Shown one piece after another: positions 1 through 10,576 of a DNA stretch of 64,000 bases (positions are counted from its first letter, which is position 1; each line of letters opens with the position of its first letter). The stretch covers positions 96,001 to 160,000 of the forward strand of contig CAVQYR010000002.1 in the NCBI GenBank assembly GCA_963718235.1, read 5' to 3'. A program made the position numbers and the translations under genes. The notes under the pieces are model-generated. The model had not been told where the DNA came from, did no database searches, and worked only from the letters and a program-made list of their open reading frames with translations. Source of the stretch: an uncultured Actinomycetota bacterium. Lineage in GTDB: Bacteria; Actinomycetota; Actinomycetes; JAHEKZ01.

Positions 1-127
1 CCGCCGGGGGATCCTGGAGTGGATCACCTCCGCGAAGCGACCGGAGACCCGGGCCAAGCGGGTCAACGAGACCGCCGAGCTGGCCCAGCGTGGCGAGCGG
101 GCCAACCAGTGGCGTCCGGCCCGCTGA
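1..127 (+). CDS. YdeI/OmdA-associated family protein, C-terminal fragment (5' truncated by window)
   Basis: Frame 2 reads RRGILEWITSAKRPETRAKRVNETAELAQRGERANQWRPAR*; the WI-xx-AKRPETR-xxR motif is typical of OmdA/YdeI C-termini. Not in the supplied ORF track. Confidence 0.75.
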   Translation, partial: RRGILEWITSAKRPETRAKRVNETAELAQRGERANQWRPAR

Positions 128-153
128 GCGGATGGCTCGGCTGGACCGAGGGG

Positions 154-501
154 TCAGCCGGTGATCAGGTAGACCTTGCGCAGGTCCTCGTGGACCGTCC
201 AGCGGGTTCTGGCGCCTGCGCCGAGGACACCGACGTCGCCGGGTCCGACCTCCAGGGTCGGACCCCCCTCGACCTCGATCGTGGCCCGTCCGGACAACAC
301 GACGAACACCTCGTCGACCTCGACGTCGGTCGACACGCCGGTCGTGTGCTGCCAGACCCCCACCGCGACCGCGTCGTCGTCGAGGATCTCGTGCACTCCG
401 ACCTCCGGGGAGCCGGACACGACCTGGTCGGCGTCGAGCGGGTCGTCGTCCAGGGGGATCGTGGCGGCCTGGACCACGTAGTTGCGGGCGGTGTCCGTCA
501 T
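154..501 (-). CDS. Cupin domain protein (DUF861/Cupin_3-like)
   Basis: GVWQHTTGVSTDVEVDEVFVVLSGRATI...GPGD...W cupin motifs; start moved to ATG at 501. Confidence 0.8.
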   Translation of the reverse strand: MTDTARNYVVQAATIPLDDDPLDADQVVSGSPEVGVHEILDDDAVAVGVWQHTTGVSTDVEVDEVFVVLSGRATIEVEGGPTLEVGPGDVGVLGAGARTRWTVHEDLRKVYLITG

Positions 502-721
502 GCGGAGCGACCCTACCCAGGGTGAGGGGGGTCCCGCGGAGAAGGAAGCGGACCAGAACCGGAGGGGTGAATGACATCCGTGGGATTTCCGGCCTACGAT
601 GACCCTGCGGCCCGGGAGGGGAAGCCCGGGCCGCACTCAAGACCACCCGCCGAGGGCCAGGGACCACGAGACACGGCCCGGCGGGCAGCACCAGTCGACG
701 ACTCGTTGAGGGGTACCCGGG

Positions 722-1006
722 ATGGACGCCGTGACCGCGATGACCGCCGCGCCGCACGAGCTGAGCGAGCGCGAGCAGGAGATCCTGGCGTTCGAGCGGC
801 AGTGGTGGAAGTACGCCGGGGCCAAGGAGCAGGCGATCCGTGACCTGTTCGACATGTCGGCCACCCGCTACTACCAGGTGCTCAACGCCCTGATCGACCG
901 TCCGGAGTCGCTGGCCTTCGACCCGATGCTGGTCAAGCGGCTGCGCCGCATGCGAGCCGCCCGCCAGCGGGCCCGGTCCGCCCGCCGACTCGGCGTCCAG
1001 GCCTGA
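722..1006 (+). CDS. DUF3263 domain protein (small actinobacterial HTH-like protein)
   Basis: LSEREQEILAFERQWWKYAGAKEQAIRDLFDMSATRYYQVLNALID signature. Confidence 0.9.
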   Translation: MDAVTAMTAAPHELSEREQEILAFERQWWKYAGAKEQAIRDLFDMSATRYYQVLNALIDRPESLAFDPMLVKRLRRMRAARQRARSARRLGVQA

Positions 1007-1028
1007 CCCGGGGCGTCCCCCGCGCCCC

Positions 1029-1682
1029 ATGACCGACACTCAGCAAGCCCCCGACCCGACGCCGGACGGGAGCCCGCCCGTGCGCGGTTCCCACCGTGGA
1101 CGGCGCAAGCCCTCGACGATCGCGGTGCCGATCCTGCTCGCCGTGGCCCTGGCCGCGCTCGGCTTCATCGTGGTCTGGGTCTGGCTCGGGGCGAACCCCG
1201 GGGCGGACGACCCGGTGGCGCCCGTGGCCGACCCGGCGACGACCTCGGTGTCCCCGTCGGTGTCCCCGTCGGTGTCGCCCTCGGTGTCGCCCTCGCCCAG
1301 CGCGAGCACGTCGCCCAGGGTGACGCCCAGCCCGGAGCCCAGCGAGAAGCCCACCCGCTCGGAGAAGCCCAAGCCGACCAAGACCCAGGAGCCCGAGCCC
1401 GCGCGCGACGTCCCGGTGGTCGTGTTCAACCAGACCTCGGTCGGCGGGCTGGCGGCCCGATTCGCCGCCGAGCTGGAGGCGGCCGGGTGGGACGTCGTCG
1501 GCGTGGACAACTGGGTCGGCACCGTGCCGGCGACCACGGTCTACTACTGGCCCGGCGACGAGTCGGCAGCCCGTGACCTGCGAGCGGACTTCCCCGAGGT
1601 CGGGCGGATCCACCCTGCGGTGTCCAACATGCCGGACAGCACCCTCACCGTCGTGCTGACCACCGACTTCCCGACCGGGTGA
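1029..1682 (+). CDS. LytR C-terminal domain membrane protein
   Basis: N-terminal TM helix, Ser/Pro linker, then VVVFNQTSVGGLAA...GW.V..VDNW..TVPATTVYY...LTVVL (LytR_C). Confidence 0.85.
   Translation: MTDTQQAPDPTPDGSPPVRGSHRGRRKPSTIAVPILLAVALAALGFIVVWVWLGANPGADDPVAPVADPATTSVSPSVSPSVSPSVSPSPSASTSPRVTPSPEPSEKPTRSEKPKPTKTQEPEPARDVPVVVFNQTSVGGLAARFAAELEAAGWDVVGVDNWVGTVPATTVYYWPGDESAARDLRADFPEVGRIHPAVSNMPDSTLTVVLTTDFPTG
1245..1292 (+). repeat. Coding 12-nt tandem repeat x4 (SVSP)
   Basis: tcggtgtccccg x2, tcggtgtcgccc x2. Confidence 0.85.
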
Positions 1683-1698
1683 GAGCGACCGGTCTGCG

Positions 1699-2688
1699 CT
1701 AGCGGCTCACCCGGTCGTGGGGGTAGCCGGCGACGGTGACCAGCGGGGGGCGTTCCAGCGCGGTCACCTCGTGGGTGACCGGACGGTAGGGGCCGGCGTC
1801 GGATCCCTCGCGGCTGAACTGGGTGAGCGTGGGGTCCAGCAGGTGGCTGTGGCTGACCCCTGACCGGTGCAGCCTGGTCCAAGCGGTCTGCCAGATCTCC
1901 GCGGCCATCCGACCGAGGGTCTGGTCGTCGTGGTGGCGGTGGTGCCGTGCTCCGAGGTCGACCTGGGCCAGCCGGTCCAAGCCCACGCGGTCGAGTGCGT
2001 CGATGAGCAGCCCGAGCTCCACGCCGTAGCCGGTGGGGAAGGGCAGCTGCTCCAGCAGGGCCCGCCGGGCGGCGTACTCACCGGCCAGCGGCTGGACGAA
2101 GCCGGCCAGCTGGGGCCAGTGCAGGTTGAGCAGGGGCCGGGCGACCAGCTCGGTGACGCGGCCGCCCCCCGCCGGATGGACCCGGGCACCGTCGGCCAGC
2201 GGCCGGTCGTACGTGGCCTTGACCAGGGCCAGACCGGGGTCGCGCAACATCGGCGCGAGCAGTCCGGTGACCGTCGACGACGAGAACTCCAGCAGGTCGG
2301 CGTCGACGAAGACCACGAGGTCACCGGTGGTCGCGGCGACAGCCCGCCACAGCGCCTCGCCCTTGCCGAGGACCGAAGGCAGGTCGGCGAGCACCTCGTC
2401 GACCTGCACGACGCGGGCACCCGCCTGCCGGGCGACGTCCGAGGTGGCGTCGGAGGAGCCGGAGTCGACGACGACCAGCTCGTCGACCAGTGGGTGCGCG
2501 CCGTCCATCAGGTCCAGACGCACGGCCGAGACGATCGCCCCGACGGTCTGCTCCTCGTTGCGTGCGGGCAGGACGACGCTCACCTGGGCAGCCCCCTTCA
2601 GCGTCGCCAGCTCGGCCAGCGCGGACGGCGTCGCGGCGCAGCCGGCGAAGGTCCGCTGCTCGAACCACTGCTGCACCTGCGGCTGCAT
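1699..2688 (-). CDS. gpgS: Glucosyl-3-phosphoglycerate synthase
   Basis: VSVVLPARNEEQTVG, VVDSGSSD, GKGEALW, DAD, GGGRVTELVARPLL, QPLAGEYA, YGVELGLLID. Confidence 0.9.
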   Translation of the reverse strand: MQPQVQQWFEQRTFAGCAATPSALAELATLKGAAQVSVVLPARNEEQTVGAIVSAVRLDLMDGAHPLVDELVVVDSGSSDATSDVARQAGARVVQVDEVLADLPSVLGKGEALWRAVAATTGDLVVFVDADLLEFSSSTVTGLLAPMLRDPGLALVKATYDRPLADGARVHPAGGGRVTELVARPLLNLHWPQLAGFVQPLAGEYAARRALLEQLPFPTGYGVELGLLIDALDRVGLDRLAQVDLGARHHRHHDDQTLGRMAAEIWQTAWTRLHRSGVSHSHLLDPTLTQFSREGSDAGPYRPVTHEVTALERPPLVTVAGYPHDRVSR

Positions 2689-2809
2689 CCCGTCGCCTTC
2701 TCCCGCTCGTCTGTCTCACCATTCGGTCAGCCGTCCCGCTCACCGGACCGGCTGGGCTACCCTGCCTCGACTGTCCCCCACAACCGGACAGGCTCACAAC
2801 TTCATACCG

Positions 2810-2934
2810 CTCATCCAGAGGGGCAGAGGGAACGGCCCGTTGAAGCCCCGGCAACCCCCCGGTACTCCTTGCTCAGCGAGGCCGACCGGGACAGGTGCCA
2901 ACTCCGTCTCGCGCGTTCGCGCGGGAAAGATGAG
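2810..2934 (+). ncRNA. SAM-I (S-box) riboswitch
   Basis: P1 CTCATC...GATGAG; ATCCAGAG-GGGCAGAGGGAACGGCCCGTTGAAGCCCCGGCAACC; GGTGCCAACTCC; AAAGATGAG. Lies directly upstream of the thrC-like gene. Confidence 0.92.
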
Positions 2935-2951
2935 GAGAAAGGCCTCGCCCC

Positions 2952-4265
2952 ATGACTGCATCGCTGGACACCCCTGCCGGTACTCCTGCCTGTACCCCTG
3001 CCGGCCCGAACCCGCCCGTCGACCGCGGCCTCGACTTCGGCCCGGCCACCGCGCTGGCCTGCCGTGAGTGCGGCCGGCGCTACCCGATCGCGGCCACTTA
3101 CGCCTGCGAGGACTGCTTCGGCCCGCTGGAGGTGGCCTACGCCTTCGGCGCACTCACCCATGCCGACATCGAGACCGGTCCGGCGTCGATGTGGAGGTAC
3201 GCGCCGCTGCTGCCGGTGCCGGCCGACGTGGCCACGCGCCGAGGCGTTGCCCCGGGGATGACCCAGCTCGTCCGCGCGGACCGCCTCGCGGCGGCGCTCG
3301 GCATGAAGACCTTGTGGGTGAAGGACGACAGCGGGAACCCCACGCACTCCTTCAAGGACCGGGTCGTCGCCGTCGCCCTGAGCGCGGCGCAGCAGCTCGG
3401 GTTCACCACGGTCGGATGTGCGTCCACGGGCAACCTGGCCAACGCCGTGGCCGCTGCGGCAGCCCGGGCCGGGCTGAGGTCGGTCGTGTTCGTCCCCAGT
3501 GACCTCGAGGCGGGCAAGATCGTCACGACTGCCGTGTACGGCGGCACGCTGGTCGCCGTCGACGGCACCTACGACGACGTCAACCGGCTGTGCTCCGAGG
3601 CGGCCGGCGAGCTCGACTGGGGCTTCGTCAACGTGAACCTGCGCCCGTTCTACGCCGAGGGCTCCAAGACCATGGGCTACGAGGTCGCCGAGCAGCTGGG
3701 CTGGCGGCTGCCGCAGCAGGTCGTCGTTCCGGTGGCATCCGGCTCCCTGCTCACCAAGGTCGACAAGGCGTTCGGCGAGCTGTCCGCGCTGGGTCTGGTC
3801 GACGCCGCGTCATACCGGATGTTCGGCGCGCAGCCCACTGGGTGCTCGCCGGTCTCGCAGGCGTTTGCCAACGAGTGGGACGCCGTCAAGCCGGTGCGCC
3901 CCGCGACCATCGCCAAGTCGCTGGCCATCGGCAACCCCGCCGACGGGCCCTACGCCCTCGACGTGGTCCGCCGCACCGGGGGCGCCATCGCCGACGTGTC
4001 CGACGACGAGATCGTCGAGGGGATCCAGCTGCTCGCGTCGACGGAGGGCATCTTCGCCGAGACGGCCGGAGGCGTCACCGTGGCCACCCTGCGCAAGCTG
4101 CTTGCCGAGGGACGGCTCGACCCCGACGCGGAGACGGTGGTGCTCAACACCGGTGACGGTCTCAAGACGCTGGACGCCGTGGTGCCCGTCGCGCAGCCGT
4201 CGACCACCCTCTCGCCGTCCTACGCCGCGTTTCGTGCTTTCGCCGACGAGAGGGGGCTGTCGTGA
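2952..4265 (+). CDS. thrC: Threonine synthase-like PLP enzyme (probably sulfur-carrier-dependent, see findings)
   Basis: N-terminal CxxC...CxxC, NPTHSFKDR (PLP lysine), ASTGNLA, EGSKT, SLAIGNPADG, TGDGLK. Confidence 0.8.
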   Translation: MTASLDTPAGTPACTPAGPNPPVDRGLDFGPATALACRECGRRYPIAATYACEDCFGPLEVAYAFGALTHADIETGPASMWRYAPLLPVPADVATRRGVAPGMTQLVRADRLAAALGMKTLWVKDDSGNPTHSFKDRVVAVALSAAQQLGFTTVGCASTGNLANAVAAAAARAGLRSVVFVPSDLEAGKIVTTAVYGGTLVAVDGTYDDVNRLCSEAAGELDWGFVNVNLRPFYAEGSKTMGYEVAEQLGWRLPQQVVVPVASGSLLTKVDKAFGELSALGLVDAASYRMFGAQPTGCSPVSQAFANEWDAVKPVRPATIAKSLAIGNPADGPYALDVVRRTGGAIADVSDDEIVEGIQLLASTEGIFAETAGGVTVATLRKLLAEGRLDPDAETVVLNTGDGLKTLDAVVPVAQPSTTLSPSYAAFRAFADERGLS

Positions 4266-4537
4266 GCGTCCTGGTCCGGATCCCCACGATCCTGCGCACC
4301 TACACCGGCGGCGCCGGCGAGGTGGAGTCGAGCGGGGGCACGCTGGCGGAGGTGCTGGCCACGCTGGACGCCCAGTACCCGGGGATCGCCGGTCGGGTGC
4401 TCGACGAGCAGGGCGCCGTGCGCCGGTTCGTCAACGTCTACGTCGACGACGAGGACGTCCGGTTCGCCGGAGGCGTCGACACCGCGACCCCCGACGGCTC
4501 CACGGTCTCGGTCATCCCGGCGGTCGCCGGGGGTTGA
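4262..4537 (+). CDS. MoaD/ThiS-family ubiquitin-like sulfur carrier protein
   Basis: [13 protein letters not shown]...RRFVNVYV...IPAVAGG with C-terminal GG; GTGA overlap with thrC. Confidence 0.92.
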   Translation: MSVLVRIPTILRTYTGGAGEVESSGGTLAEVLATLDAQYPGIAGRVLDEQGAVRRFVNVYVDDEDVRFAGGVDTATPDGSTVSVIPAVAGG

Positions 4538-4691
4538 GCCGCGGGGGCTCAACCCGAACGGGCCGATTTCGGCGTGGCGGGTCAAGGTCCGGGCCGTTCC
4601 GGCCGAAGGGGGACTAGGCTTTCGTCCGGCTCGGGTCGCCCCGGGTCGGAGAGAGCGCGACCAGTGCGCGCCCCTGCTGGGAGAGGACGTC

Positions 4692-4892
4692 ATGGCTCAA
4701 GGCACCGTCAAGTGGTTCAACGCCGAAAAGGGCTACGGCTTCATCGCGGTCGACGACGGTCCCGACGTCTACGTGCACTACAGCCAGATCGTGATGGACG
4801 GCTTCCGCAGCCTGGCCGACGGGCAGCGGGTCGAGTTCGAGATCTCGCAGGGCCAGAAGGGTCCGCAGGCCGACTCGGTCAAGCCGCTCTGA
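4692..4892 (+). CDS. cspA: Cold-shock protein
   Basis: [26 protein letters not shown]; SD gagagga. Confidence 0.93.
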   Translation: MAQGTVKWFNAEKGYGFIAVDDGPDVYVHYSQIVMDGFRSLADGQRVEFEISQGQKGPQADSVKPL

Positions 4893-4949
4893 CCCCTCTC
4901 GTGGTCGGTTCGCCGCGCTGAGAGCGGTTCCGTGACCACCAGTGGCCGG

Positions 4950-5249
4950 TCAGCGGTCGTCAGGGTTCTCCGGCAGCTCATCGAGGTCGACGAGGTCCTC
5001 GTCGGCCAGCTCGGACTCGGTCACCACGTGCACGGCCGACTCCTCCGCGGACTTCCACGAGGTGTCCCCGACGGCGACGTGCGCGGTGAGCTCGGAGGTG
5101 GTGTCGCTGCGGACCCCTTCGTCGTCGTCGACCAGGCGCCCGTCGTGCGGGACCGGGTCGCGAGGGCCGTACGCCTCGTCGTAGTTCTCGTCGTCCTCGG
5201 CGGCGACCGGACCTGCATCAGGGTCGATGTACCAGCTGTTCTCACTCAT
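4950..5249 (-). CDS. Small acidic protein (DUF5709-like)
   Basis: GRLVDDDEG...ELTA...SAEESAVHVV motif; ATG at 5249 with AAGGA upstream. Confidence 0.65.
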   Translation of the reverse strand: MSENSWYIDPDAGPVAAEDDENYDEAYGPRDPVPHDGRLVDDDEGVRSDTTSELTAHVAVGDTSWKSAEESAVHVVTESELADEDLVDLDELPENPDDR

Positions 5250-5394
5250 GGCAGGTCCTTCCACGTGGTCCTCCCTCCATCCTGCCGCGCGCCGAGATCG
5301 AGCGCGATGTCTCCCGTCCCCTCGTTGAGGGACCTCCGACTCTGACCCGGACCCCCCCTGCGGCTTCGACCATGGAGAGACCACAGGAGGTGCC

Positions 5395-7098
5395 ATGACT
5401 TGGACGGATGCGCGCAGCGCGCTGCAGGGACTCCCGGCCGGGGGGCTGAACATCGCCCACGAGTCGGTCGACCGCCATGCGAGCGGTTCCGAGCGGGACG
5501 TCGTGGCGCTGCGCTTCCTGTCCGGCGTCGGCGTCGACCGGGAGCTGACCTACGCGCAGCTCGCCGAGGAGTCCAGCCGGTTCGCCCACGTGCTGCACGG
5601 GCTCGGCGTCGGGGCGGGCGAGCGGGTGTTCGGGCTGATGGGTCGCCGTCCGGCCCTCTACGCCGCGGTCCTCGGCACGCTGAAGAACCGCAGCGTCTTC
5701 TGCCCACTGTTCTCCGCCTTCGGCCCGGAGCCGGTGCGCCAGCGGATGCAGCTCGGCGACGCGGTGGTGCTGGTGACCACGCCGCAGCTGTACCGCAAGA
5801 AGGTGGCGCCGATCCGCGCTGATCTGCCCTCCCTGCGGCACGTGCTCCTCGTGGGTGAGGGCCAGGAGCGGGTGCAGGACGACACGGCACTCGACCTCGA
5901 GGTGGCGATGACCGCAGCGTCGGGTGAGTTCGTGATCGAGGCGACCGACCCGGAGGACATGGCTCTGCTGCACTTCACCAGCGGAACCACCGGAAAGCCC
6001 AAGGGAGCCGTCCACGTGCACGATGCAGTGGTCGCCCACCAGGCGACCGCCCGGGTGGTGCTGGACCTGCGGGCCGGAGACGTGTTCTGGTGCACGGCCG
6101 ACCCAGGCTGGGTCACGGGGACGTCGTACGGGATCGTCGCGCCGCTTGCGTGCGGGGTGACCAGCGTGGTCGACGAGCTGGAGTTCGACGTCGACCGCTG
6201 GTACTCGATCCTGCAGGACCAGCACGTCACCGTCTGGTACACCGCGCCCACGGCCCTGCGCATGCTGATGAAGGCGGGCACCGACCGCGCGCGGGCCTAC
6301 GACCTGTCGGCGCTGAGGCACGTCGCCAGCGTCGGCGAGCCGCTCAACCCCGAGATCGTGCTGTGGGGGCGGGAGGCGTTCGACCGCACGATCCACGACA
6401 CGTGGTGGCAGACCGAGACCGGCGCGATCATGGTCGCCAACTACGGCACCGAGTCGGTGCGCCCCGGGTCGATGGGACGCCCGGTCCCCGACATCGAGGC
6501 GGGGTTGCTGGTGCGGGACAGCCACGGGGAGGCGGTCGTCGGCCCGGACGGCGAGCCGGAGCTGGTCACCGAGCCCGACGTCGAGGGCGAGCTCGCCCTG
6601 CGCACCCCGTGGCCCTCGATGATGCGGGGCTATCTGCACGAGCCGGAGCGCTACGCCTCGGCCTTCGTCGGTTCGTGGTACCGGTCCGGTGACCTCGCGC
6701 GATGCGACGCCGATGGTCGGTTCTGGTTCGTCGGACGCGGTGACGACGTCATCAAGTCCGCCGGGCACCTGATCGGGCCGTTCGAGGTCGAGAGCGCGCT
6801 CATGGAACACCCCGCAGTGGCCGAGGCTGGGGTGATCGGCGTCCCCGACCCGGTGGTCGGCGAGGTCGTCAAGGCGTTCGTCGCCCTCAAGACCGGCCAT
6901 GAGCCCACCGATGAGCTGAGGCTGCAGCTCGTCGGGTTCGCCCGCAAGCGGCTCGGAGCGGCGGTCGCCCCCCGCACGATCGAGTTCGCCCAGGACCTCC
7001 CCAAGACCCGCAGCGGCAAGATCATGCGGCGCCTGCTCAAGGCCCGCGAGCTCGGCCTGCCCGAGGGCGACCTGTCGACCCTGGAGGGAGCGACGTGA
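5395..7098 (+). CDS. acsA: Acetate--CoA ligase (AMP-forming)
   Basis: [49 protein letters not shown]; SD aggaggtg. Confidence 0.9.
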   Translation: MTWTDARSALQGLPAGGLNIAHESVDRHASGSERDVVALRFLSGVGVDRELTYAQLAEESSRFAHVLHGLGVGAGERVFGLMGRRPALYAAVLGTLKNRSVFCPLFSAFGPEPVRQRMQLGDAVVLVTTPQLYRKKVAPIRADLPSLRHVLLVGEGQERVQDDTALDLEVAMTAASGEFVIEATDPEDMALLHFTSGTTGKPKGAVHVHDAVVAHQATARVVLDLRAGDVFWCTADPGWVTGTSYGIVAPLACGVTSVVDELEFDVDRWYSILQDQHVTVWYTAPTALRMLMKAGTDRARAYDLSALRHVASVGEPLNPEIVLWGREAFDRTIHDTWWQTETGAIMVANYGTESVRPGSMGRPVPDIEAGLLVRDSHGEAVVGPDGEPELVTEPDVEGELALRTPWPSMMRGYLHEPERYASAFVGSWYRSGDLARCDADGRFWFVGRGDDVIKSAGHLIGPFEVESALMEHPAVAEAGVIGVPDPVVGEVVKAFVALKTGHEPTDELRLQLVGFARKRLGAAVAPRTIEFAQDLPKTRSGKIMRRLLKARELGLPEGDLSTLEGAT

Positions 7099-8093
7099 CG
7101 GTACCGATGGTCGACCGGGAGACCGGCCTGGAGCTGTACCGGCGGATGCTGCGGATCCGTCGGTTCGAGGAGCGCTGCGTCGAGCTCTACAGCGAGACCC
7201 GGATCCGCGGCTTCCTGCACCTGTACATCGGCGAGGAGGCGGTGGCCGTCGGTGTGATGCGACACCTCCGGGCCGACGACGCCGTGCTGGCCACCTACCG
7301 CGACCACGGCCACGCGTTGGCGCGAGGGGTCCCGATGAACGCCGTGATGGCCGAGATGTTCGGCCGCGTCGAGGGATGCTCGCGCGGTCGCGGCGGGTCC
7401 ATGCACCTGTTCCACGAGCCCAGCCGGTTCTACGGTGGGCAGGCAATCGTGGCGGCCGGGCTGCCGCAGGCGGTCGGGCTCGCGCTGGCCGACTCGATGC
7501 TCGGGCGCGACCGGATCACCGTGTGCTTCTTCGGCGAGGGCGCGGTCGCCGAGGGCGAGTTCCACGAGTCGATGAACCTGGCCGCGCTGTGGCACCTGCC
7601 CGTGCTGTTCCTGTGCGAGAACAACCGCTACGCCATGGGTACCTCGCTCGAGCTGTCCGAGTCGGAGACCAACCTGCCGGTGAAGGCTGCCTCCTACGAG
7701 ATTCCGGCCTGGAGCGTCGATGGCATGGACGTGCTGGCGGTGTCCTCGGCGGCCGAGCGAGCCGTCGATGCGGTACGCACGACGCGAGGACCGGTCTTCC
7801 TCGAGGCCCAGACCTACCGCTTCCGGGCGCACTCGATGTACGACCCGGACCGCTACCGCGACAAGAGCGAGATCGAGCAGTGGAAGCACCGCGACCCGAT
7901 CGCCCTGCTCGGTGACCGGATGCGTCAAGCGGGGCTCGCCACCGACGACGACCTCGAGGCCGTCCATGCCCAGGTACTGCCCGAGATCGATGCCGCCGTG
8001 GCCTTCGCCGAGGCGGGGCACGACGAACCGGTCGAGGACCTCCTGCGGTTCGTTCACTCCGAACCCGTCGGTGCGTCGGGGGGTTCGACGTGA
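7095..8093 (+). CDS. pdhA: Pyruvate (2-oxoacid) dehydrogenase E1 alpha
   Basis: [25 protein letters not shown], ThDP motif GEGA...[15 protein letters not shown]. Confidence 0.9.
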   Translation: MTVPMVDRETGLELYRRMLRIRRFEERCVELYSETRIRGFLHLYIGEEAVAVGVMRHLRADDAVLATYRDHGHALARGVPMNAVMAEMFGRVEGCSRGRGGSMHLFHEPSRFYGGQAIVAAGLPQAVGLALADSMLGRDRITVCFFGEGAVAEGEFHESMNLAALWHLPVLFLCENNRYAMGTSLELSESETNLPVKAASYEIPAWSVDGMDVLAVSSAAERAVDAVRTTRGPVFLEAQTYRFRAHSMYDPDRYRDKSEIEQWKHRDPIALLGDRMRQAGLATDDDLEAVHAQVLPEIDAAVAFAEAGHDEPVEDLLRFVHSEPVGASGGST

Positions 8094-9082
8094 GCGAGGC
8101 GAGCGTGATGTCGTACCGCGACGCCCTGCGCGACGCGATCAGGGAGGCGATGCGTCGCGACGAACGGGTTTTCCTGATGGGCGAGGACGTCGGTCGCTAT
8201 GGCGGGTCGTTCGGCGTCTCGCTGGGGCTGCTCGAGGAGTTCGGGCCGGAGCGGATCCGCGACGCACCGTTGTCGGAGTCGGGCTTCGTCGGTGCCGGGA
8301 TCGGTGCGGCGCTGGGTGGGATGCGGCCGATCGTCGAGGTGATGACGGTCAACTTCTCGCTTCTGGCTCTCGACCAGCTGGTCAACACTGCGGCCGCACT
8401 GCACCACATGAGCGGTGGACAGTTCAGTGTGCCCCTGGTGGTGCGGATGACCAGCGGGGCCGGCCGCCAGCTCGCGGCGCAGCACTCGCACTCGTTCGAG
8501 AACTGGTTCGCGCACGTTCCGGGACTGCGGGTGGTCGCGCCTGCCACCGTCGCCGACGCGCGGGGAATGCTGTGGCCGGCGCTGCAGGACCCGGACCCGG
8601 TGATCATGTTCGAGCACGCGACCCTCTACAACACCTCGGGTGAGGTGGAGACCGACGGTGCGGACACCGACCTCAGCCGCGCCGTCGTCCGCAGGCCGGG
8701 CTCGGACGTCACGTTGGTGACGTACGGCGGGTCGTTGCGCAAGGCGCTCGACGCGGCCGAGAGCCTGGCCGCCGACGGGGTCAGCGCCGAGGTGCTCGAC
8801 CTGCGGGTCCTGCGTCCGATCGACTGGCGCACCGTGCTCGACTCGGTACGACGCACCCATCGGGCCGTCGTCGTCGACGAGGCGTGGAAGACCCTGTCGA
8901 TCGCCGGTGAGGTCAGCGCGCGGATCGCCGAGGAGGCGTTCTACGACCTCGACGCACCGGTCCGCCGGGTGTGCTCGGCCGAGGCGCCCATCCCGTACGC
9001 CCGGCACCTCGAGCTGGCCGCGCTGCCCAGCGTCGCCCGGATCGTCGAAGCCGCCGAGCTCGCCGTCGGCACGAGAGGCTGA
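8090..9082 (+). CDS. pdhB: Pyruvate (2-oxoacid) dehydrogenase E1 beta
   Basis: [35 protein letters not shown]. Confidence 0.9.
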   Translation: MSEASVMSYRDALRDAIREAMRRDERVFLMGEDVGRYGGSFGVSLGLLEEFGPERIRDAPLSESGFVGAGIGAALGGMRPIVEVMTVNFSLLALDQLVNTAAALHHMSGGQFSVPLVVRMTSGAGRQLAAQHSHSFENWFAHVPGLRVVAPATVADARGMLWPALQDPDPVIMFEHATLYNTSGEVETDGADTDLSRAVVRRPGSDVTLVTYGGSLRKALDAAESLAADGVSAEVLDLRVLRPIDWRTVLDSVRRTHRAVVVDEAWKTLSIAGEVSARIAEEAFYDLDAPVRRVCSAEAPIPYARHLELAALPSVARIVEAAELAVGTRG

Positions 9083-9086
9083 CCCC

Positions 9087-10550
9087 ATGCAGGAGTTCCG
9101 GATGCCCTCACTGGGCGCTGACATGGACGAGGGCACCCTCGTCGAGTGGCTGGTGGCCCCGGGTGACGCCGTGACCCGCGGCCAGATCGTGGCGGTCGTG
9201 GACACGGCCAAGGCGGCGATCGAGGTCGAGGTGTTCAGCGACGGCGTGGTCGAGGAGCTGCTGGTCGAGCCCGGCACGACCGTGGCGGTGGGCACGCCGC
9301 TCGCCCGGCTGTCCGGTGACGCCGAGGCAGTCCCTCGGGCGCCCGCGCCCGAGGCCGAGGCCCGGCGGACGCCTGTGCCGGAGCGCGAGCCGGAGCCTGA
9401 GCGCCGGGCCACGGCGCAGCCCGAGCCTGCACCGCAGTCCCCGGTCGAGCCGGCGGTGGCGTCGCCGATCGTGCGACACCTCGCACACGAGCGTGGCGTC
9501 GACCTCACGTCGGTCCGGGGCACCGGGCCGGACGGCAGGATCACCCGAACCGACGTCAGCGCAGCCGCCAAGCCGGTGATCTCGGCGTCGGACGTCGCCC
9601 GGCCGGATGCTGGCGAAGGGACGGATCGGGTCGCTGCCTCACCGTTCGCCCGTCGCCGCGCGGGCGAGCTCGGAGTCGACCTCGCCGTGGTTCGGGGCAC
9701 GGGGCCGGACGGTGCGATCACGGTGGCCGACGTCGAGGGTGCGGCCGGGGCCGGTAGCCCCCCGTCCGTCGCCGTGGAGCCCCAGCCCGAGCCCCAGCCC
9801 GAGTCCCAGCCCGAGTCCCAGCCCGAGTCCCAGCCACGCTCCCCGAAGGAGCTGGCGGCGGCCAAGCAGGCGGCGATGCGCGAGGCGATCGGCGCCCTGA
9901 TGGCGCGCAGCAAGCGGGAGATCCCGCACTACTACCTGCGGACCACGATCGACCTGGCCACAGCGATGACCTGGCTGCGGGCGCGCAACGCCGAGCGGGG
10001 GGTCGAGGGGCGCCTCGTTCCCGCCGTCCTGCTGCTGAAAGCGGCCGCGCTCGCCGCGCGCGACGTCCCCGAGGTCAACGGCTTCTACGTCGACGACCAC
10101 TACGTGCCCTGCGACCATGTGCACCTGGGTGTCGCCGTCTCGCTGCGCGGTGGGGGTCTGGTGGCCCCGGCGATCCACGACGCCGACCGGCTGGACCTCG
10201 ATGCGCTGATGGCCGGGCTCAAGGACGTCGTCTCGCGGGCGCGCTCGGGGCGGTTGCGCGGCAGCCAGATGTCCGACCCCACGATCACGGTCACCAACCT
10301 CGGCGACCAGGGGGTCGAGGAGGTGCAGGGCGTGATCTACCCGCCGCAGGTCGCGCTGGTCGGCTTCGGCCGGGTGGTCGAGCGGCCGTGGGCACTCGAC
10401 GGGCTGCTCGGCGTCCACCCGGTGGTGGTGGCGACGCTGGCTGCTGACCACCGGGTCACCGATGGTCACCGCGGGGGCCGCTACCTCGCCGCGGTCGACG
10501 CCCTGCTCCAGCACCCCGAGACCCTCGACCGCACGGACCCCCCAACCTGA
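9087..10550 (+). CDS. pdhC: Dihydrolipoamide acyltransferase E2 (one lipoyl domain, two peripheral subunit-binding domains)
   Basis: MPSLGADMDEG...DTAKA lipoyl domain; two ASP...GVDL..V.GTGPDG.IT repeats; catalytic DHRVTDG. Confidence 0.9.
   Translation: MQEFRMPSLGADMDEGTLVEWLVAPGDAVTRGQIVAVVDTAKAAIEVEVFSDGVVEELLVEPGTTVAVGTPLARLSGDAEAVPRAPAPEAEARRTPVPEREPEPERRATAQPEPAPQSPVEPAVASPIVRHLAHERGVDLTSVRGTGPDGRITRTDVSAAAKPVISASDVARPDAGEGTDRVAASPFARRRAGELGVDLAVVRGTGPDGAITVADVEGAAGAGSPPSVAVEPQPEPQPESQPESQPESQPRSPKELAAAKQAAMREAIGALMARSKREIPHYYLRTTIDLATAMTWLRARNAERGVEGRLVPAVLLLKAAALAARDVPEVNGFYVDDHYVPCDHVHLGVAVSLRGGGLVAPAIHDADRLDLDALMAGLKDVVSRARSGRLRGSQMSDPTITVTNLGDQGVEEVQGVIYPPQVALVGFGRVVERPWALDGLLGVHPVVVATLAADHRVTDGHRGGRYLAAVDALLQHPETLDRTDPPT
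9777..9835 (+). repeat. Coding 12-nt tandem repeat x~5 (E[P/S]QP) in the E2 linker
   Basis: gagccccagccc x2, gagtcccagccc x~3. Confidence 0.85.
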
Positions 10551-10576
10551 AGCCCCGCCCGCTGAGAGGACCACGC

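Noticed and set aside
569-590. Imperfect inverted repeat AATGACA-N4-TGGGATT upstream of DUF3263
   Set aside because: Only 5/7 symmetric and single-copy in the window; insufficient for an operator call.
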